This document shows positions 46,593-60,037 of a stretch of DNA of 60,999 nt, piece by piece; position 1 is the first letter of the stretch; each line of letters starts with the position of its first letter. The notes under the pieces were generated by a model, which saw only the letters and a program-made list of their open reading frames with translations, ran no database searches and was not told the origin of the DNA. Source of the stretch: Polymyxa betae A26-41 (taxonomy: Eukaryota > Protista > Endomyxa: Phytomyxea); NCBI GenBank assembly GCA_003693705.1, contig RBZT01000574.1, forward strand, positions 1 to 60,999. Direction: 5' to 3'. The position numbers and the translations under genes were made by a program.

Positions 46593-47144
46593 TATAGGAA
46601 AGGCGTTTGGAGGAGAGGGCATTAAGGCAACAGCTGGCCCTATTCCGGACATGGCTGTTGGTAAGAGGCATTCCTGATTCATTCACGAATAGAACAAGTG
46701 CCGGAAGCCGTGCCGAAACACTTGTCTTGACCTTCTCGTCCAAACTATGCCATATGGACTCGCCTAACTTGGAATGTTGTATAGTGGGACTCCAAGAGTG
46801 GTCTCATCCTCGTAGCGCGCCAGTGCTCATCACCCGTACCAAACAATACCTGACCTGTCCACAAAGACGATTTGCGCCCTTTCATGCTATTCGTGGTTTA
46901 GTCAAATCATTATATGTTTCACATGGGACGATCCCTGATGGTTTTCGCTGATTATTTGCCTGAAAAGCCTGGGCTTAGATGTCGAATGCAATTACCACAT
47001 GCTTTTATCTCAACATTCTATGGCAACAGCTATGATCTGTCTGAGAGCCCTTGACAGCAGATCCTCTTCTTGTTCATGCAAGCATTTGCTCTCCTGATAT
47101 GATTGACACCATCGCCATGAAACTTCGAGGAGCCTCTCAGTAAG

Positions 47145-47318
47145 ATTATCTACAACAATCACATTCCTGAAGCGGTTGTCTGTCTATTGACACTCTCGTT
47201 TATCGTAATGAATGAACGATGAGAGGGCATGTAACATTATCTACAACAGTCACATTTCGAAAACGGTTGTCTGTCTAATGACACTCATTTATCATAATGT
47301 ATGAACGATGAGAGAGCA
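47145..47318. repeat. ~90-bp tandem duplication including the last codons and 3' flank of the 2OG oxygenase
   Basis: ATTATCTACAACA.TCACATT...GGTTGTCTGTCTA.TGACACTC...GAACGATGAGAG twice. Confidence 0.85.
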
Positions 47319-48097
47319 GATCTGGTCGTATGTACAGGTAGAACTTCATGAACGAGCCACTTCGATGCAAACAGCACTAGCCGATTCGTTATCGGGCTGA
47401 TGTCCCGAGTTGCATCGGCCAGGTGGAGGCGAAGGCAGCCGCCATCGGACGACTTCCAATCATTATCTGAAAGGTAAAGAACCGCTGTGATTACCCGGCC
47501 TGGGGCGTTAGATACAGTAGAGTCGATATGAGGTTCATATTTCGATCCTTGCATAGAATAGCATGCTAGCTGGATTTCAGCATGCTTCTTTTTAAGACCA
47601 ATGCTTCTTCCAAGATCGTCGCCGAGTTTTTGCAGTTGTTTAACCACAGCGTCGGTCGCTGGACACAACATTTGGTCGTCGGTTAGAAATCTATTTTTTC
47701 CAGAATGTAAAGTTTTAGTGTGATCATAAGCTAAAACTAATCACCTGACTTCATCACCGCGAATGGCACGATCGGACCAGGTTGCCGACGAGGTGTTCAT
47801 CTTCGCAGGCCTCAAATCCATACATTTGCTGTTTAAAGCATACAGGCATTCTGATAGCATGGCTGATGGAAGGAAATCATCGACAATAGCAATTCCTTCG
47901 GTTAACAGCTGCTCGATTGCAGATTCGGGAACGAGCTCCGATCTGAAATCGGTCTGTTCAACAGTGGAAAATATTTTGTCATCCTTCCGCCATTTAGCGA
48001 ACGGCAGCGACGTCTGCAGCGGCAGGTCTTGCTGAAGTTGGTTTGCAATTAGGAGCTTCAGCTCAGGCGGTAAATTTGATAGTAGATCCATGGCCAT
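47285..48097 (-). CDS. 2OG-Fe(II) oxygenase, EGLN/PHD prolyl-hydroxylase-like (2 exons)
   Basis: IVDDFL, IRGD, QLACY, HID (HxD), GRVITAVLYL, GGCLRL, NRLVLF, HEVLP, RSAL. Confidence 0.85.
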
Positions 48098-48293
48098 TCT
48101 GCGCAATCGGTGAAATTGATAAATCACCACATCGCTCCATCTTCCAGATTTCGGCAAAACGCATACAGCCGCATCGGAGGTAGAGTACAACCGTCGTCAT
48201 CGAACTTGATCTCGGTTGAGATATCCCATCTTAGAGATTGAATGAAGAATTCTTTCGACTACCTGAATTTTGTTTCTTGCGCTTAACGCCCAA

Positions 48294-50546
48294 ATGAAAC
48301 GGAGAAGACTCGATTCTCAAGAGCAATTGAAGGAATCGGAACCAGAAATATTTATCAATGCAACTGTGCAAGCACTAAGCGATTCGGAGGTGATCGTGGC
48401 AAAGGCTTGGGCTGCCGGCAGAGGCACGCGTCACATTATGAAACAGGTTGATGACTGGAACGATGTCGAAATCTGTGATGATTATGAGAGTATACTCCAT
48501 CCGGCTGTAAAGCATTCGCCTTCGTTCCGCGTTTTTACCAAATTCGACATCGTGAGGCGTCGTCATAATACCATTGAAAGAATCGCTGATTCAATATCGA
48601 CTGATTGCGACCATGCCGAGTCACTTTTATGCCAATTTCGATGGCGTCCTGCACAGTTGCTGAACGAATATCTTGAGAACGATGAGACGTTTCAATGTTC
48701 TAGCTGCAGTCATGTTGCTGATGATAATAATGTTGAATGTGGCACTGCCTATTGTGGACAATACTCCAGATCGAAAACCATATCTCTATCATGCGGGCAT
48801 ACTTTCTGTCTGGATTGCTGGAAATCGTACGCCCGATACGTCAAATGTCTTGCGCGATAATCAATGGCTGGATAGAATGATTCGCGCTGCGATGTCGTCA
48901 GGTCGAAGTGCGATCCATACAAGATGTCCAGGTCTTGATTGTGATTCTGGTTCCACAAAGAAATGCCAAGTGAAGGTCAGGCAATGTTCCGAATCAGCTG
49001 CAACTCGTCTGACATGTTCTGTAAAGATTCCTTCCCGAGTCTTTATGCAGTTTCTGAACAGATCGCTGAGCGCCAAATATCAACGGTGGCTTATTGACGA
49101 ATTCGTGGATGGTACTGCGGATATTGAAGTCGTCCAGCGCATTCTGAAAGCGTCGCTGCAGGCTCAGATAACCTGAAATGGTGTATCATGCCGTCCTGTG
49201 AACGTATCATATCGTGCACGAATCCGAACGAAGTCGTCACGTGTCACTGCAAGACGACCTTCTGTTTCGGTGATCGTACTGACTTTCTTCCCAACCTTTT
49301 GCTTAATTGCTTTACAAGACAGGCTGTTCTGTATCAGATCACCGACCAGCTCCATGTGATCTAGCCAGGAAATGGATAGGTCGTGCCACAAGCGATTCAG
49401 AAACCGAAAAATGGATCAAATCCAGGACCAAGCAATGCCCAAAATGCAGTGTAAGCTTTTACACATCTTGATGGAATTTGTTTCCAAGACTTTGAATTTA
49501 TTGGTTTCACTGGTTTAGTTTCTAACAATGTGTTTGTTAACAGATTCCTATCGAGAAGAATCGTGCATGCAATCACATGATCTGTTCGAACTGCTCTCAT
49601 CATTTCTGCTGGCTTTGGTAAATGCAAATTTGATCCGTAAGTAGGAAGGAAAGGCGAATTATTTTATCGTATAGTAAGCAGTCATGGTCGAATCATGATG
49701 TGGAGCAATTTGGGTTCTATCGTTGCAACGTCTATGAAGCGAAGGAGATGGAATTCGAAAACGATCTGGAAAACATTCAAGCTGCTATGGCGACACAGCA
49801 AATGCAAAAGTACGTTCAGCATTTCATCCATACTGCAATTCTGATTTCGAACCAGGTACACTTTCTATCACAATCGGCATGTGCATCAGATCCAAGCAGC
49901 AAAGGAGATCATTAGTCTGAAAGCACGAATCGAAGGTGGATAATCTGTTTGTGTGATTGCTAATTCTTATACTTTTTGCCTAGCTGAAGATATGCCATGG
50001 AATTTCAGCGTCGAACGTATCCTACCGGTTCTTTCCTATTTGGTCCAAGCTCGACGCTTTCTAGCTTGGTCGTATTGTTTGGGCTACTACCTCAGAGCAA
50101 GTCCATACAAACAGCTCGTAGAGCATCAGCAAGGCGTATTAGAGTCGATTGCTGAGAAACTGCAAAGCGCACTGACGATATCGAAGCCGTCTAATCAGAA
50201 AGCACGTCCCAAAGGTGTTTCGAAAACGCAAGAAAATCAGCCATCCGAGGTTGATATCGTGCGCCTCGGCGCAGCTGTACATCGCTTTTCTACCCGACTC
50301 CTTCACCAGCTATCTGCTGACAATATCAACGCTTTATCAGAAGCTGACGAATACACGGATCGCTGGGCCTGTACGGTTTGCACATCGGAACTCAGCGACC
50401 ATGACGGATATTGCACCGTTTGTGGCGCTTGCCGGAAACATTCCGAACAGGAATGTCGCGTTCCAAACTGCAAGAATCCAAGGACGCCGGAAATCTTAAC
50501 CCCAGGCCAGGCAATTGCAGCTGTTGCACATCCTGGTCAGGAGTAA
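48294..50546 (+). CDS. Ariadne-family RBR E3 ubiquitin ligase with C-terminal Zn ribbon
   Basis: RING1 CGHTFCLDCW, IBR LKWCIMPSC, RING2 TKQCPKC...[46 protein letters not shown]...CTVC. Confidence 0.9.
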
Positions 50547-50565
50547 ACATCATATCCATCAAGTT

Positions 50566-51294
50566 CTAATCACGAAAGTGCTCGACACGATCTGAATGGT
50601 ATCAGTTTGCTAAAAAGGCAGAAATACAGCATTCCTACGATGTTGGGAGATGTCAGCGTCGTCGAAGTAGTTCAGATGGAGATTGCTTGCGATTTTCTGC
50701 CCATCTTGCCTCATTTCGACCCGTTTTGTAGAAGTTCCTGACAGCATCTGCCGATCGATATGCAGACCGAATAGAATCAGGTAGTAGTAAGGGCGACCCG
50801 CGACGATTCGCTTTCGTAGCCGAATGCAGATGTTGTGCAGCTTCGATTGTTGAATCAGTTCTTGTCCGTATTTGAACTGATAAATGGCACGTTTATGATC
50901 AATTATGTAAACGCAAGGCCTTCTGTCAACTATACAGATGAAGGTTGACAGAATGCAGACCAGACAAGCATATAGCATTTCTCCCTGCAATCTCTACTAA
51001 GCTCAGCCAAATGTTATGAAGGATTTCATACCCCATTCCAGTTTCCGGTCACGATTAAAGCTATCAGCACTGCTGCTGATCCAAAAAGGCCGATGATGCC
51101 AAACCAAAACAGCGGTTTTCGTCGACGAAGAATTAGGACTGAGCAACGGTCAGCTATAGTGATTCACCATTGACAGCAGTAATCTTACGCCCTGATGTTG
51201 GATCGAAAGTGAAAGGATAGAATGGATTACGAAGGAGTTTTTGCTCCAAAGCTTCTGCGGCTGTGAGTCGATTTCTTCGAAATACCGACGACAT
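50566..51294 (-). CDS. TMEM249: TMEM249 (CatSper-theta)-like two-TM protein (4 exons)
   Basis: Spliced product EALEQKLLRNPFYPF...2 TM...DHKRAIYQF...LHNICIRL...YYLILFG...GQKIASNLHLNYFD...SQHHRVEHF follows the TMEM249 pattern as recalled (NNSFYPF, IARKLNINYFD, RHVVRHW). Confidence 0.75.
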
Positions 51295-51346
51295 TTAGAG
51301 CAGGAGAAGATAAAGGTACATAATGTGATCTACCGCTATCTCGCGA

Positions 51347-54300
51347 ATGGTAATTAGTAACACTGACAGGAAACGATTATCAAGTCTGTTATTGACAAAA
51401 GACCTGGTACGACTAGCGCCCGAGGGAGGCGTCCAGAAACAGATCGCGGTTTATGGCGCTCAAGAAGGCGAAAGACGACTCGAGATAGAAGTTGCCGAGA
51501 AATGGATCGATGAACTGGTAAAGAAGAAAAAGTCGGAATCTGGACCAGGCGAAGATTTCGATTTTAATCGAGGAATACTCTCCAAGCAATATAAGCTGTC
51601 GGCAGCAACAATTGACAGATTATTCCGAGCTCTGCTGGTGTATTCATTTGGAATCTACGACATGCTGAGATCAATGTTCAAACATCATGTGGATAGTTCC
51701 GAGATGATTCGCGACTATTGGAGCCTGTACATGAGTTTGATTGAGGCGGCAGACTCAATGCAATACAATGAAGCGATTCAAGCAATAGGCGAACAAGACA
51801 TCCAGTCCCGAGATGGTCAACAGCAAGTTTTAACCGATCGTGAGAATAAACTCAAAAAGCAAGAAACCAATCTAGAAATGCAAGCGAGGCAATTGGAGGA
51901 GCGAATTGAAACCCTAAAGGAACATAACGAGGTGACAAGGCAAATTGTTGATGAAGTGGAGCAAGCCGATGCCCTGTTTTCCAGTAATGGGAAATTGGCT
52001 GAAAAAAAGCTTCAGATGGAAGGTGAAAGGGTAGAATGGATGAAAACCATTCAACATCACGAAGCACAGAGCAGTGAACTATCGAAAACGTCGATGCATA
52101 ACATAGGTTCAAGGTCAACTCATGGCGACACTTTCGGTGCACTAAGCCTTCTTAGGGCAAATCGACATGTTGCTTGGGAAAAAATCGGAGCTCGAGCAGG
52201 AAACAGAAAAAGTCATAGCGCTGCGTTCATCACTTCAAAAAGCTATCGGCGACCTGAACCTAAGAATCGTCGCAACCGGATCCGTTTTGGATGCTGATCG
52301 CAGAAAATTAGCTGAACTGAAAGCTCGAGCTGAATCCGAAGCGCAATCTAAACATGTTCTGGCTGAAATCGTAAAAAGCCAAGAAAATCTGCTCTCGCAA
52401 CTCATCGCTAGTGAGGTACCATAACTTCTGGCTGGAAATTTAGCTCCTGAAATCTATGCAGATTCGTGATAGTCGATCAGCAAACGACGTCGACGTATTA
52501 CTGAATGGGCAGCGATTGCATAACACAGCACTGGAGCAGTCCATTAGACTGCAACAGTTAGCATACCTCGAAACTGAAGAGACATTGAAGAAAACCCGAC
52601 TTGAGCGAAATTGCCTGTTGGAAGAAGCTCTTAAACAAGAGGACATATTGACGACGTCGTGGACGGTATTTACTGACTTAGAGCAAAAAATCAAGTTGCT
52701 TGAAATCGATGCGCTGGAAAGCAATGTAATAACATACAACGACGCATGTCGCGCTCAGAAAATGATCGACGAGATCGACGACAGCGTAGAAAAATCCACC
52801 GAGACTAATTGCGAAATCAAGCAGCTGAGGTAATTATCGAGATATTCTGAACCAAAGTTCAGCTTAAATGTTGTCAGATTGGAACTTGCGAACCTGCAGA
52901 GGGATCGTAACCAGCATCAGTCAGAACTGGGGATTCTAACCGATGAGCAGAAGCGACTCAGCCAATGTATTAGCATAGCGCAGCAGAATCTTAAGCAAAC
53001 GACCGCGGAATTAGAAACAGCAACAGATGAATACGAGAGACAAAACGAAAAATTTAACCAATTCATGACAAGCTCGAAACACTTGCAGCAGCTTTTTGAG
53101 CAAGACCTTCTGGATTCGGGAGCGAAAATTTCAGACGAAGCTGAAGATATCATCCAATTAGCTGCAGAGGCCGAAGAACTGTCGTTGGCCCGAACCGATT
53201 GGGAAAGGACTATTGATGTCAGAATGGCGTCTTTGAAGGCAATTCGAGATGAGATCTCCGAGATTCAGTCCATTTCCAAAGCTGTCGTGGCAAGGGATGA
53301 GGAGCAAGAGCGATTGGGAAGAAAGATTTTGGCGGAATGCACCAACACTGAAAAGAACCTGATACCGACTCTAGCGAAGTTGGATCGCTTGAAGCGAGAA
53401 CTGCTAGAAACTGAGACCTCCTACGAAAAAGCCATTATTGATCTAGAAATTGCCATAACAGATGCTCGAGACCAGAGACAACAGGTAATGCTGAGTATCG
53501 TTAGGAGCGCTTGATTGCTGTTAATAATCACCTGTTTAGACATTATCGATGCTTGATGAAGAGAAGAACTGTTTCCTGAATGAACAAAATCAATGGACGT
53601 TAACGCTGGATTCAGCCAAACACAGATTGAAGATCAAGGAGCGTCGCGAATTAGATAGTTGCAACAATATCAACCAATCTATCGAAACATCGGAAGCTTA
53701 CTTAAGAAACTGCAATGAAGCCGTCCAAGAACTACGACTATGTCAAACCTGGGCCGAAGCAGAATTGAAAGAGCTAAGAGCACTGCACGCTTTTGAATGC
53801 AATTTACGAGATAACTCATTGCTTGATCTTTGCAATTGGAGCGACATCGCCCAGCATTGTTCTGACCACGAACGAAGCTTGGTTATGAAACTGGACAAAC
53901 TAATCAAAAGAATTGCAGCTAATGACGAACATCGCGTGGCGATGGAAAGGGAAAGCAGCTTCTGTGAAATTCAGCTAATCCGGAGGAAAAAGTTCGTACA
54001 GCAAAGAGAGTTGCAACTTGAGCTGCTCGAGAATAATGAATGGCGACGGTTGGGAAGGCTTACGGCCAAAGGAACACAGATTTTCATTGAAAAAATGGAC
54101 GTTAGTACCATGACTGAGGCCGCACGAACTCGAGGAGCTCGAGAAACGTTGGCTGTAAGGCAGTAAGGTAGTTCCATTAGCGCTCTGAGCGTGGTTCTAG
54201 GCTGCACCTGTTCTGGTCGGACTTGAGCGAACATTCAATGCGGTTAATGTTGTAATTCAAGAGAATCCCATTACACGAGGTAAGTTGCAGTTTTCCGAAA

Positions 54301-55077
54301 GATCCGGTTCTGACATTATCGTAGTCCCTCGCTCAATACGCCTTAATCTGACAGAGAAGGATAACTTTCCCTTTGATGATTTCAAATCTCTCAGCACGGG
54401 AACAGCTGTGGACGAGGATCATGAATTTGATTCGGGAAAGCATAAACAACGACTGTCGGCGTCAAGCCTCATGTTTAATAATCGCCTTCCAGCTTCAGTG
54501 GCTTCATTACGTCATACCAGGGTATGATATCAGAAACCTGCATAGCTTTTGCTCACTGAACCTGTAGCGGCGAAATACTGGCTCAGTCAGTCTATCAGAC
54601 GATGCTAGTCAGCTTTCCCAAGGCGATTTCAGTTTGGCTTGGCCGGCTTTGCGGCCAAGAGCAACAATAGACCGCAGAAGCTTTAGTGGAATGAGCAGCA
54701 TTGAGAGTTGGAGAAGGGAAAGTAACATGATTGTGGACGGCCACATCGATCCGGTCGAGTTGGAGACCATTTACGACGTGGAGACGCAGCCACCCAGATT
54801 CAGCCGTCAGGCAACACTATCAGAACCCAACTCGATGCCGTACCTAAGGAGGGCGTCATTGAACGAGACCGCTCCATCTTTACCAAGGAGGAAGGCTTCA
54901 AGCATCGCACAGCCTAATTGTGGTGATGGTTCTAATCCAGTTATCCCGCCTACAATAGGTTCCGGTTGGTCACCGAGACCGCCTTCGGAATCAAATGAGC
55001 GATTTATGCCAAGCTATGTACGGAGACGTCTGAGACAGATTAGAGCAACGTCGATTTCCGATTTACTGGAAAATTAA
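51347..55077 (+). CDS. Large multi-exon coiled-coil protein (start uncertain)
   Basis: Successive E/Q/K/L-rich ORFs separated by ~50-bp GT-AG introns. Confidence 0.65.
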
Positions 55078-55097
55078 ATACAATACTGCAGCCGTAA

Positions 55098-57615
55098 TTA
55101 TCTGCTGAATTTAACATAACAAGAAGCACATACTCGAACAGGAGCTGTTAGACCTTTTCGCAAAATTGGAGCTCTGTTTTCACTGCAAGCAGCACAAAAG
55201 ATGCCGCCGCAAGCCCGACAATGATGGCGTCGACGAAACCTTGTGAAGGAGGATTTGCATGCCATGCAGGACATGCAATCTGAATCATCAACCCAGCTTT
55301 CGCTGAGGATCATGCAACAATGCGAAGCGCCTGAAGAAACCTGACTGATTACGCCTTTCGAGGACACCCGACAAGGACGTAACTCGATAACCGGGTCTTT
55401 GTCTAAGGAGTCAATTCCAAGCTGGCCACAGACGTTGCTTCCGGCACTGAACAGCCCATGCTGCGTTGTTTGCAACAGCGTATGATGAGCGCCGCATGAT
55501 ACAGATTGCATGGATGTCTCACTAATGGGCACGTTGACACGCTTTGGTGATATTATAAAGGGCGAATTTCCATCGGACGGCGAAGCACATTGACCACAAC
55601 TGCATGATGTCAATACAAGAAGCTCCTCCCAAAAAAACGCTTGAAAACGTAATCGAACGTGTTTGATTAAGCCCGCAAGAACACATCTTACCTGTTCATC
55701 CCCCAAGTATATAAACGATATATGTCGGCGCTCGTGTTGTGCAAAATCATCGCCGAATGGGCATCACCACAGCTTAGATCAACAACAGCTATCGTAGTTG
55801 CAGCGCCTGAAGGTTCCTCGTGGTCGGCGCTAGCCAACGACAGGAGCGAAGTGACCTTTGCTGGGACCCAAACATCGTTTGTGTGTCCTTGCCCGAGCTA
55901 GATATCGTTCATAAACCTATCCTCAAATCGATAGAAAGTACCTGGCCACAGGCATTCCATCCCCAAGAATAAATGCTGTCATTCGTCACTGCAATCATAT
56001 GGTTAGCTCCGCCTGAAAGCATTTTAGAAGAAATTGAAAAGGGAAGCACACCATACATGCAATATCGACAGCAGGGTTGGAATGTCCAAACACAGACAAG
56101 GCGGTGGGCACGAACAAATCCCGATCATGACCATGTCCCGTGAACCCACAATCGCCCTGCCCAAAGGTATATACCGTCCCGTCCTTGTCTATCAAAGCAG
56201 AAGCATTCGAGCCACAAGCAATTGCAATAACATCGACCACGCTCTCTATCAAAGTCGGTGAGCTTCGGTCTGCAGTACACCCCAGGCCGAGCTGGCCGTA
56301 ATTTGAAGTGCCCCAGCTTAATACAGTATTGCTGGATGAACGCTGGCCGACGGTCAGCAACAATGACAAGAAAGAAAGATCCTATACCGCTAAGCAATGA
56401 TACGACCCGCAAACGATCTGAACAATGTTAACTTTTGAAGGCACTGAAAGCTATACACAGCTTAGAACAGAAAGGATATTTTCTCCCATTCGAATACCTT
56501 GACAAGGCTGCACGAGTCGTTGGCAGCGCCGGTACCTAGAGAATGCCCTGACGCCCACAAATCCCCAGATTCCATCAAGAAGAAGGTATGGGCCCAGCCA
56601 CAACTGACAGCAATGACGCCCTTTCCGACGGCTGCTTTGACGATTTCCGGTTTCGTTCTTGTGCACAAATCACCTTAACATACCTTTCAGCAAAAAGCAC
56701 CACCAAGACAGATTCTTAATGAAAAGCCCCATCAATAATGGCTGGGTTTTTAAATTACCATGAGCCGTAGCACCCCAGGAGCCGTCACCCCATGAATATA
56801 CTTGACTGACATTATCATGGATTTTAGACAGCATGGAGCTGGAACCGCCGCTTTGCTTCATTTGGCTGAGTTCGCGTGCTTTCTCCAGAACTGATTTACA
56901 GATTGTCTGGCTCTGAATACCTCCAAGACCAGCCATCCACATTACCCAATCGTTGTCGTCTATAAACGCTTCTATCAGAGGCGAGTGCTTTAAAACTTCC
57001 AAAAGCAAAAGTTTCAAAACATGGTGAGCAACATTGATCCGAATTGCAGTTGTATAGCACTACCTCTGCAAGCGAATTCGAGAGAATGTAAACTCCCAGG
57101 GATACATAATTCTGAAACCGCCGAATATGTGGCAGTTGAATAGGAGACCGACATCCTGGATGGCGATACAGACCGAGTGGTGATAGCCGAAGTCGCAGCA
57201 GCATCTATATTACGTGAATCACAGCATCGAGAGTTGCGAAAATGGATCATTGTTACATTGCAGTTTAAACGAAAACTGACTGACGTCTGCCGATCGGCAA
57301 CCATCAGAGCCGTCCCTAGACTCGAAACTGATAATATCGACTATGTTCACTAAAAACAACACTTAGCGGAGCGAGTGCGACATTTTTTCGCCAACCTTCG
57401 GTTTGCCTCCACCTCGAAGACCAGCGTAGTTTCTGGAAATCGTCGCTGAGCCAAGCCTTGATCTGTTTGGGCTACTGCCAGCTCAGTCGGTTAACCATTC
57501 GACGACGGACGCCACTAACTTTGCCGGAATCCGACAGCTTCAGCAGCTGCATGGGCGATTGCAAAGCGACTAGGGCATGGGCCAGCTCGATATCGGTCAA
57601 CTGAACCGACTCCAT
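55098..57615 (-). CDS. PH + RCC1 repeats + FYVE protein (PRAF/RLD-like)
   Basis: PH-like DIELAHALVALQ...LLKLSDSGKPK...LSDDFQKLRW; RCC1 repeats (YSWGDGSWGATAHG, WGTSNYGQLGLG, SCGAHHT); FYVE WVDDSDCMSCMAC...RRRHHCRACGGIFCAACS...RVCASC. Confidence 0.85.
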
Positions 57616-57851
57616 TGGCTTACCTGACTCCTCGAAGAGTACGACGGGGTTCCCCACTTATCGCAGCTCTGAAGCAAGCAGGGCACTCCTCCGACGTATC
57701 GTAGTCAGAGGAAAAAATAGATATTGAAAAAGAAACGACACTATTAGCCTGCGAGTTTACAGCCAAAATTAACACAATCATGTTTAAATAAATTAATCCG
57801 TTACTTTGATATATACAATTCGACTTGTTTGCAACAGATTTGAAATAGATT

Positions 57852-59198
57852 TTAGCAGGAATCGACAGAGACGATGTTGCTGCTCCATGCCCCAATATCA
57901 TCAGATCTATGATCTTGAAACTTGAGGTTTCGGCGGCGCCTGTGCAGGAAGTTTGTTAGGATGCAACAGGATTTCAAAATTGTGTTAAATTTGTCGCGTC
58001 TCGCTGTGAACGGCTTGCTTAAAATGCCCCATTGCGAATGTAAACCCGAAATCCCCCAATCTGCAACTACCCGGTGACCAAATTGCTTGGCTTTAACTGC
58101 GTCTAGGACGGCTCCAGGCTTGTCAACATCGCTTCCTAACGACCTCATAATACTGCTTTCTCCGAATCCTTTATCTACGAAGAAGATCAAAATCGGAAAC
58201 ATTCCAAGAACAGCCCCAAGTGATCGAAACCAAGACTTGAAAAAACACTTACAATCGCCGACCAAATACTCCACTGGCTTGTCCTCAGTAAAAGCAAACT
58301 TGTCGGATAAATCAGATACCAAGAACGTTGGCGCCAAACGCTCCATTGAGCCAGGCCGAGCTGCATCGGCAAAGATTATGAAGCCCTCGTTGTCGACAGC
58401 AATAGCACTTAGCATGACATATCCATTGTAGAGTGTCGAATGGAATTCCTCGGGCCCAATCAGAGGTCGAGGAATATGGACAATGACATCGTCAGCGAAT
58501 CCGATACATCCTGGAAGCGTCGATCGTTGCGATAGCGATGAACGGCGATTGGAATCTGGCCACGAAAGTTCGTCGTCTAGTCTCTGACAGATAAGGTCGC
58601 AGATGTAGATGCAGTCTTCAGCTGCCGAAGCCTTTGACATAGATTCATCCTATGACCAAGATTCAGCGGTCAAGTTATGGATAAAATCGCAATTATTAAA
58701 CAATGAATTAATGAAAGTTGAAGTCACCTTCTTTAGAAAGAGTATACAGTTTAAAAGACGAGTAGCGGCAGACAATTTTGGAGGTCGCCCTCGTTTCCTT
58801 TTTTGGGCACCTGTTGATTTGCTTGTGCCGTCAATAACCGGCACCATAATATCACAAAGGGCTTGCCATTCATCGCCACTCAAGCCTGTCTTCAGAAGCG
58901 GATTGGGAGACGGGAGAGATAGAGCAGCAACCGTGGCAACTTCACGCTTGCGATTCGATGTAAAATCAAGGTCCTCTTCGTCCTCTTCCTCATCTGAAAA
59001 CCAAGCCATCGATGCGATACTTGCGATGGACGAAACGGCCGACGCCATGATCATTAGGTAATGCATTACAGTCATGATCGAATCTTCAGAATCGGAATCG
59101 GAAACGGCAGCCCTGTTACGAATCGGCTGGGTCATCGGAGCTTGTGTCGAATTGAAGGCGACTTCAGCATCACAGGAGGCTACCGTTTGATTCTGCAT
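57852..59198 (-). mobile_element. PIF/Harbinger-type DDE transposase-like gene with 2 predicted introns (possibly domesticated)
   Basis: LSWPD, GCIGFAD..VHIPRP, AVDNEGFIIF, PGS, YLVGD..GF, HRVVADWGISGL, CCILTNFLHRRR; AT-hook KRGRPPK. Confidence 0.7.
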
Positions 59199-59871
59199 AG
59201 GAAGGTGACGTTACCATATACCGATTCAAATATTTCGCAAAACTGCGCTGTACAAAACATGAGAGTGCTGAAATACCGATTTATTAGAAAGCATTGAAAC
59301 AGTAATATATTCATACAGTGCGAAGTGGAAATTATCCTTTCCGAGCGAGGTCAATACGGCGAGCGTCTTTTGTGATCAGCAAAACCAAGCTGTACCGCTG
59401 GGCTGATTTCCAATTGGCATTTTATTATGATGAAATGATGACGGTCATTGAGTTTCATACATATAATAACAATTGGCTTCACAAGGAAGGTAAATTCGGC
59501 GGAACGCCCCTTTTATTCCCGAGTGAAATTTATTCCAAAAGCATGTTTCGATTCTACAACCCAAAAAAACGTGGCCAGGCAGAAGAAGCTCTCCGCAGGC
59601 AGCGTAAACTAGCCCTAGAAATTTCAATCAAAACAAGGGCGGTCCGGAAAATGAAAACTACAGGAAGATTCGGTGCCAGGCAGGACATCTTAACCATCCC
59701 ACTGGAAGACCTCCAAAAATCGCGCAATCCTGATCGCAAAGTAGATTTGCGGTGGAATTTCGAGGGGCTGCGCAGCCGGAATATGCCGGATTTGCGCGCG
59801 GCGTTTTAAAAAGGGTACCACCAAAAATGACACAGATATCATAAATATGACACAGCGTTTTAAATGGGTTT

Positions 59872-60037
59872 TGTGAGGACTGGGACAGGGCGAGGAAGAA
59901 TAAGTGAAGGCTACGAAGAAGCAGGCGAACAAGAGTTATAAGAATCGAATAGAATCGANNNNNNNNNNNNNNNNNNNNNNNNNNNNNNNNNNNNNNNNNN
60001 NNNNNNNNNNNNNNNNNNNAAGTAGTGAATCATGACA
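59872..60037 (-). repeat. Putative 3' LTR (TGTCATG...CCTCACA on minus; interrupted by N gap)
   Basis: Immediately follows the polypurine tract AGAAGGGGGTAA; TG...CA termini. Confidence 0.6.

Noticed and set aside
57472-57474. Apparent in-frame TAG suggesting readthrough or an alternative code (also 58650)
   Set aside because: Both TAGs are 3' ends of GT-AG introns; the standard code fits all genes
59318-59809. 163-aa GTG-start ORF as the Harbinger Myb/SANT partner
   Set aside because: No Trp-spaced Myb pattern; may be non-coding repeat sequence into which the LTR element inserted
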